Part shown: in pieces, positions 56,484-64,000 of the stretch
Layout: each line of letters begins with the position of its first letter
Numbering within the stretch: position 1 is the first letter of the stretch
NCBI GenBank assembly: GCA_051294905.1
Contig: CM119372.1
Span: 30,256,001-30,320,000 of the forward strand
DNA from: Botryllus schlosseri
Lineage: Eukaryota
Length of the DNA stretch: 64,000 nucleotides
Reading direction: 5' to 3'
Made by a program: the position numbers and the translations under genes
The notes under the pieces: model-generated
Database searches by the model: none
The model's input: the letters and a program-made list of their open reading frames with translations, nothing else
What the model was told of the DNA's origin: nothing

Positions 56484-57107
56484 CAGGGTTGCCATACCGT
56501 CCTTATTTCTAAGATTTATCCTTATTTTGAAGGGCCACGTCTTAGAAAACTCAACTGTCCTTACTTTTAAATGTCCTTCTTTTCGACTTGCGTCCTTATT
56601 TTGTCTTATTTTCAACAACTACAGAACTTTGATCGTTTTCCTGTGGTGGCCTATCTGTGTTGCAATATCTGCAATTGTGACATTAACCTGGAGGCCATAG
56701 GGAAGACGGCTATTTCAACTTATATTGATACCACGAAACAAAAAAGTGTATCATTGATTAATTGATTAAATATTCCCCGACTCCCACATCACAAAGAAGT
56801 TTGCTTTGGCCAGGACCAAGACTACAAGCATTGTTACTGGAGTTCTTGCTCCATACGCCCAAAAAACGATTTTGTCTGAACTTGGTGTAGAGCCTTTTTC
56901 CATCATGGTTGACGCGTCTAATCACAACGAGGTGAGCGAGTTTGGTGTATCACCCTATGGGGGGCCCAAGACCCTTTTTCAGCGAAAAGTATGGAAAATG
57001 ATATGCCACGGCTGATATGAGTACAAAGTATGTACAAAAAATCTTTTTATTGCCAATCTAATTTTTCGACTGTCCTTATTTTTGGGTCCATGTCGATGGC
57101 AACCCTG
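56484..57107 (+). mobile_element. hAT deletion derivative with transposase fragment
   Basis: TIR CAGGGTTGCCAT; TSD TATATATA; ARTKTTSIVTGVLAP...PFSIMVDASNH (first catalytic Asp region) at 56809-56930. Confidence 0.88.
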
Positions 57108-57137
57108 TATATATACCTGGTGTTATAGGACTTACAG

Positions 57138-58280
57138 CAGGGGTCACCAACACGCGGCCCGCGAGGTCGTATTTTGCGACCCGCAATCTGATTTTGTAAT
57201 TTCGGAAGAACGCTTAGTGAAGCATTTTGTAATGCTGAAATTGATTTCAGTTGAAACATATTGTCATGAAACCGAATATTTTCGGCTGACACTCGTCAGG
57301 GGTAATCGTCAGCAACTAGTTGAGAATTGAAAAGAACATTGTCTATCAACAATCACATCACAAAATATATCTTCACCAGCATGAAATGATATCTCAAATA
57401 CGAGAGCGTTCAATGTACATTTCGTACATTTCGTGCTGCTATTTTTTTAGGCCTACGTCTGGGTGAATCCAATATCGCACCACTATACTGACAATCCTGA
57501 TGGGATGTCAAGAAATAACATCATGCAACAAAGAGGACTAATAACAATTGGCCCAGCCAAAGATGCAGCACAGCAATAATAACTTCCCTAAATTTTCGAA
57601 GACACCCCATGCATCAACTCTACCGGTGAATTTGATCACATTGACTGACAAAGGATAAATTTTTGATAGTAATATGCGAAACTATACTTGTACTATGACG
57701 AAATTCACTCAGGAATATGAAATTTTTTTCGCGCTTCACGCGACTAGACAGCGAGTACATGCGCTTATTCATAACATGACTGCTAACGTTTTTGGTGTGC
57801 ATGGTAAGCCGATACCAGTAAATGGATTAGTCCGGATTTTACCGGCAATGAACATGGGCAGTATGCCGTGGGTATTTGGCCTCCATTTAGTTCATTACGA
57901 CTATGCACTAGAATGCAGCCGTAGCCAACGTAAGTAGTCGAATTGCGGCCGTGAATAACAAAAAGGTTGGCCACATCTGCTTTAGTTGCTGTCGAGTGTT
58001 GACGGGTATCGTGCGCAGCTCATAATTCAAAATAGAATGAAAGTGATGATCATGATTTTTTTGTTGTAGGCTATTTGTATTTAAAATATTATTTGTTTTG
58101 CAGTAACTATGCCAGTCGCCCATGTTAGAGAGAACAGCGTTGTACTGACGTAGAGTTATCAAAACGTGGCTGTTAAACTACGCGTTTCCTATTTTATCTC
58201 GACATTGAAGTCATGCGGCCCACGGCCGCTACGAATTTTGAAAGAGTGGTCCGCGACCCGTTTTGAGTTGGCAACCCCTG
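57138..58280 (+). mobile_element. Non-autonomous Buster-type hAT element
   Basis: TIR CAGGGGT(C/T)(A/G)CCAAC; TSD ACTTACAG/ACTTATAG. Confidence 0.85.
57270..57313 (-). ncRNA. Minimal hammerhead motif, nested in the hAT element
   Basis: Core identical to the 2255 copy; stem I has one mismatch (ACCC/GGUU). Confidence 0.65.
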
Positions 58281-59431
58281 ACTTATAGGGTAGTTGGAAA
58301 CGCAGTTTCATTCAACGCTTACGGCATTGTGACGTATATGTTACAACCAAAGTAGACCATGAACACTATATTACTACATCATGCCGAAAAATAGTTACCT
58401 AATTTCTAAATCTATTTATAATCTGATGTTTCATTGTTCTAATAAACAGACAAGCGCCGAGCTCCTTTCATTTTGCAATTTAAATATACAAATTGTAATT
58501 TATGTAGCAGACTGGCGGTTGAGTATAGTTTCTACTAGTTCACGAAATGAACTATGCATCGACAGAGTGTTCCTGAAAACAAAATGAAAACAAAATGAAT
58601 ATTTATCGCAAATCAGTGTGACTTCTGCCTCTCCCTTTTAGAGACTAGTTTGAGAGGCGTCACCTTAGAAAGTGTCATCGTACTGTTCGGTGCAAACGCA
58701 ACAGCCAGTTGCCAATTTCCTGAATCCAATTGAGCTAATACATATAGGAGATAGAATATGCATTTCAGAACGACGGAGTTTCGATTTCAAGCCTCAGCCA
58801 CCCCGGCATACGCCGTTGGACGCGACGCATCATCAACACCACAGTCACAATTCGATTACTGATCGCGCATAATTCCTATAATTCAAGATTGAATCGGTCA
58901 AAATGATCTGGAATTGCATATATATTGGTATAAATATTTTATCCTGTCCCTGATCACGTAATCAGGTTTACCGGTAGAACTGAGTGTGGTGTCATGAAAA
59001 ATGTAGTGCCCGTAAATAATAATTAAACATATCCGGCGGACCCGTTGGTATAATGACTTCGGTACATGATGTTATTTCGTGACCTCCTGTCTTCTAAATG
59101 TCAAAGATAATAAAATCGCCCAAACATTCTAAACTAGAAGACGCACACGATTTCAAATAGGTATTTCTGTACTGGCAAATCATTTATCTCTGCGGGATGG
59201 CATTTGTCTTGCAGGGTTCAGATTGCCAGGATAGGAACATTCGGCGCCAGCCATTTAGGGACCTATTGACAATTCACCATATATGCAATATCGAAGTTTT
59301 CGGTCAGCATAAGGGCAGTCATTTTAGGCCAAGGTTTTCTCGCTGCCGATCGTTCTGGCACACTTCTCGGAGTGGCATGTTACATGGACTAAAACTTAGT
59401 ATGTTTTGGGGCGTCGTGACGCGGTAACGAC

Positions 59432-59938
59432 TAGGGCTGGGCACAATGATTCGAGTACTCGAATCTGAATCGAGTATTAATTTCAATGATTCGAGTCGAG
59501 TAGCAAAAGACGATTTTTTCAAGTACTGAAATTAAACGCTCCTCGCAACTGAAAGTTAATTTACGAACGAGAATTATAGTTTTGATACTATTTTCCAGTG
59601 AGGAAGCCTTGAAACCTTGATTGGCCGTCTTGCAGCATACGAGACATAGTACGAAGCTACGAACGTTACTGGAATTAACACATTTCCGAAGTCATGATCA
59701 TCCCACAACATTGTCAACAAGTGCAATGAAATCGGTATGGTCGTAAAAATACCCAAGTAAGTATATTTAAGGTGACGGATAACAGGCGTTACATTCTTTG
59801 TGGTGGCATAAAAGTACATGTTTGAACTTTGACATAGAACAATCTGCTGTGACGTCATTATAAGTGATACTCGAATACTCGAAGCGTAATACGTGATTCA
59901 GAATCGAATCACTCAGGTACTCGATTTTGCCAGCCTCA
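59432..59938 (-). mobile_element. hAT MITE family B
   Basis: TIR TAGGGCTGGGCA; perfect TSD GTAACGAC. Confidence 0.9.
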
Positions 59939-62900
59939 GTAACGACCGACGTCTAAATGCTCATTTTTATAAATCATGCGCATTTTTTTCTTGGGGGAAG
60001 GGCACCCGATAAACAAGATATTTGACACCATTAAATCGCGCATAGCGCGAAAATGTTTTGAAAAAGTAGCATAAATTATAAGAAAAATGCTCTATAATTT
60101 ATATTAATTCACGATTCACTTTTGGGCCCCCGTCCGAGCTTGCCCCACCACCCCCCTCCATTTGGAGGGTTTGGAATGTGGCAGATACGGTCCTGCTCAT
60201 CAGTATAGCGAACGTCAATAATATGGTGAATCAAATTCGAAATTGAGGATATATTTAGTTCGTGTGACGTCATAATGCCAAGACAAACATCTATTTAAAA
60301 GTATGGTGCGATAGTAACGGCACAAAACGAATACATATTCGGTTTAAAAAAACGAATACATATTCGGTATTAAAAAAACGAAAAGTAACAACACACAACA
60401 TCAATGAAATATTCCGAGCGCGTAGAGGCGTTCCTTCTGTCGACAGTAGACCGGCTTTCGGAACTTTATGATCATAGATTACATGTACTTCTACTACTAC
60501 ACTACATTAGGGTTGCCAAACGTCCGGATTTTCTGGACAAGTCCGGAATTTCACTGTTCCGATCGCGTCCTGGAGGAAATTCTATAATACCCTGGAATGC
60601 CCAGAATTTTGAAGGCTTTAAGTAGGCTGAAAATTGTTTCGTAGATCAACATAAAAAATATTATTTTTAATCAGATGTATGCTACTTGAAATTTTTATTT
60701 GAGCTGCGGGCGATTTAGTCTAATATATGTTAATTTCAACATGGGGATCACCACCCTCGTAAAAATGAAACCAAAAATAAATGAAACTGACCATCATATA
60801 CTGAAAAAAGTCTAATTGTAATCGCAATTATAAGAGAACGGTGTCTTCCTAGAATCGGTTAAGGCCGTTAGGATGCTTTAGTCAAAGACAGTGGTTCCAA
60901 ACCCGGGGGCCGTTCGCGTTTATTCTTGGGATCGCGAAGATGTTGAACGCTATCAGCTTCCAAAATAGGCAGTGAGCACTGAGCAGGTAGGTCTGGGCAA
61001 GCTGACCCTTTTTAGTAATCAGCTTATCAAATTTTGAGCAACCACATAACTGCGCCGACCTAACAGTTTAGGGGGACAGTCAAACACACGACGATTTTAT
61101 CCGGCCCGTGAAGAAATCTGTTTCCGACCCTAGCAATCACCAAAGCTCACATTAGAGATGGCCCAATTCAGGACCTATGTTCCACAGTCGACCTATATAC
61201 TGTCGATAGGCAAAGCTTTAGTGTGTCGTCATATTGATAGACAATGTACCTCATTGTTTTACCCGCTAGTTCGCGCTAAAGAGTGTCCGGAATTTGAGAT
61301 ACAAAATATGGTAACCCTACTCTACATACGTAATGGCTCTATAGTGTGGATTCGTGATGACTTCATAGTGAAGAGTGTATAATTCAGGAAATTCAATGCG
61401 CCCTTATATTTTCGAATTTTGCATTGATTTCATATCATTTTTTTGAAGCAGCCTGAATCCGGTACACAACGATCGATCCAACATAATGGCTGATTCAAAT
61501 TTATTGAAATATATTATAAACGTGGTAATTTAGATGACGCTTTGTAATATTCCAAGAAATACTTAGGCACGATATTCACCAACAACTGTAAATTTCATGT
61601 AAAATCGATTTCAACTCATTTCCCTCGAAATTCCCAGCAGTCACAAATTGGAATAATTTATATTCTATGTCTGTATAATTGGAAAATCATAACGTACTAC
61701 AAGTTGATTGAGATGTCGGCTCTCCATACAAAGTCGAAAAATTGTGTAATGAGAAATGCTAAAACTTTTAATGGACATGCAAAACATATGGCGGAAAATC
61801 TAAACATCGACACTTCCTTTGGTCACGCATTGTAATATTCCTAGATAAAACAATTCACGGCATTCATCATCGATTGGAAATACCCTCTGAATATAGATTT
61901 CAACATTTTTAGGTGAGCTGACTTCGGGCCTAATCTATCGCACGTTTTACCAAACACCAGCCATAGACCAAGATGGCGGCGCCCACGAGCGAAAATGAAA
62001 ATCGTTAATTGCCAGCATGCAGTTACAAATCAGAATAATGTGCTGTCTGTCTTTAGCGACTCGTTAACGTGGTGGAGAAAAGCGATCGAAATGGTGGTTC
62101 TCCAGACAATGTTGAACAACTGACGGAACTGTCTGCAACATTAAAGAAGGAGACAGTTGGGTTGCAATTCTCCACGGATATAAGTTGACTGAGTACTGAC
62201 CTTGTATAGGATACGATCCGAAGCAGTAGCATGTGACACTTTTGCATGTGGATTAAGGTTAGAGGTCACAGGGGTCGCCAACTCAAAATGGCCGGGTAGC
62301 GGGCCACTTCCGAACACGATAGACGCCGTGTGCCTGAAGATTTTAATGTCGTCACGTAATAGTTGGCATCTGATTATTTCTCAGCAAAGGTGGAAAGCCA
62401 CTACATCAATGTATCGTGTGTTTGCCCAGCACAAGTGGTACACCTTGTTTAAATGAATAACTTCTTTAACTAATACAACTCCATCAAATATCTGTTTCGT
62501 TTACAGCATGATGTATAACGTATATTATGTACTATGTAGTAGGCCACGCACTCGATATCTGGCCTCGTTTTGCTGCGACTGAACGGTGAACGCTGATAGG
62601 TCGTCGGTGCGCTAGTGTCAAGACCGCTGCGAGATGCTCTGTTGGGTCGCGGGCGTAAGGCAGATCCATCGTATTGGCTGCAACTTGCTCATTAGTCATT
62701 CATTACTATTGTGTCAGGGCAAGATGAATTCAGTCTCATCGGCCTAACGTGATTTACGAGTACGCTATTAGTATAATGTCAAAGCCATCTTATAGCGAAG
62801 AATGGTGGTATTGAGCATGGAGGAATAAACAGTTTGAAATTTGCAGGATATCTGCTTCTTATGTTTCTTTATTCGCTTTTCAATCGATCATGCATAACCT

Positions 62901-62946
62901 TGAAAGTTATTTAGGCTTGAAACCTACATGACAGCATTTCGCTCTC

Positions 62947-63434
62947 AGCATAGTGTCCTATATGGCGTGGACAGTGGACACAGCGAGACTGAACGGCTCA
63001 CTGCATTTGGGTTACGTTATACTTTCCATTTGACCGGAGGCAACTTTACGGCCATTTTTGCCCAGCTTACCGAGCGCTATATTCGATGAAACGGGTATCA
63101 ATGAAAAGCTGCTGCTGTGCTGATTACGAAAATATAAATTTTTTTCTGTTCATGGTCCTGGAACCCCCAAAATCAGCCTTTAAATTTGCATTGTGATCGA
63201 CTTTTGGCATTGTGACGCAGCTATTTTGTCTGGCAAAACGAGAGTGAAGCTAAGAAGAAAGAGCCAGACAGTACTGTTGCGTCACCATGCCAAACTCGAT
63301 CACAATGCAAATTTCGAGGATTATTTTGGGGGTTCCAGGATCAGATGAGCAGAATAAAACTTATATTACGTAATCAGAACAGCAGCAGCTTTCCGTTGAT
63401 ACCCGTTTTATCGAATTTTACGCTCGGCAAGCTG
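62947..63434. repeat. Long imperfect inverted repeat (fold-back MITE)
   Basis: Arms about 63062-63232 and 63262-63434; one arm also occurs at about 15150-15470. Confidence 0.7.
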
Positions 63435-63544
63435 GTAACTCTGAAAATTTAATTTCCCGCGGTCTCGTCCGGACGTGTGTGAAATGGGAAAGGACCTCCA
63501 ATGTAAACGACATATCAATCAAGTGATCTATTTACATATAGTAC

Positions 63545-63840
63545 AGGCACTGCCGTGCTTGGCCGGAGCAGTTGAACTTCTAGCTCGCAAGCCATTGCGT
63601 CATAGTAAACATTGAGATGCAGCTAATCCTGCACATAGCTCTTTGAGCATGTCAAAGAGAGAACCATACTGAAATAGTTGTATAGCATGTCTTTTAAATC
63701 ACCCCTTCACATTTTGCGCAATACCTGATAGAAGTTGCACTAAGTAGCTATACATGAAAAAAGAGAAAAAGTTGCATTATAAAATCCCGGCAGACAGTTT
63801 AAATCATAATGTTATTTAGCCTATATTCTGAGTATTTAGG
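63545..63840 (+). mobile_element. Family F MITE fragment
   Basis: Colinear with about 54565-54850. Confidence 0.7.
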
Positions 63841-64000
63841 AAGCTCATCATCACTTTCATTTTATTTGAACTATAAGCTGCGCACGATATCTGACAACAC
63901 TCTTCAGCAACTAAGGCAGGGATGGCCAACTGTTTTGCTATTCACGACCGCATTTCATTTACTTGTGTAGCCTATGGCTGCATACCAGTGCCTAGTCGTA

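Noticed and set aside
61302-61321. Third AIFM2 remnant (20-bp match to 23780-23799 in the paralog B 3' flank)
   Set aside because: The match does not extend into coding sequence; more likely a small dispersed repeat.

Overview
AT-rich, transposon-dense animal genomic DNA. An invertebrate, possibly a tunicate, is my inference only. Two intact host genes are present: intronless tandem paralogs of AIFM2/FSP1 (379 aa each, minus strand, about 77% identical by manual count). The most unusual locus is a plus-strand retroelement-like unit at about 42.7-48.6 kb. It has a tRNA-Thr-type primer-binding site, a short membrane-anchor ORF and an intact 981-aa Gag (PSAP motif, CCHC knuckle). An in-phase A_AAA_AAC -1 frameshift site with a hairpin leads into an 845-aa ORF. 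That ORF starts with a retropepsin and, instead of RT/RNaseH/integrase, ends in a domain that aligns by eye to Tpt1/KptA RNA 2'-phosphotransferase. Upstream lie a degenerate IAP-type RING ORF and a 14 x 56-bp array. All of this sits inside a 24.9-kb segment (26085-50967) bounded by matching hAT-type TIRs and an identical 8-bp TSD. The window also holds minimal hammerhead-ribozyme motifs in a dispersed repeat, many hAT MITEs with TSDs, tRNA-derived SINEs, and decayed hAT, Harbinger, LINE and probable Gypsy remnants. All domain calls come from motif recognition by eye, not database searches.
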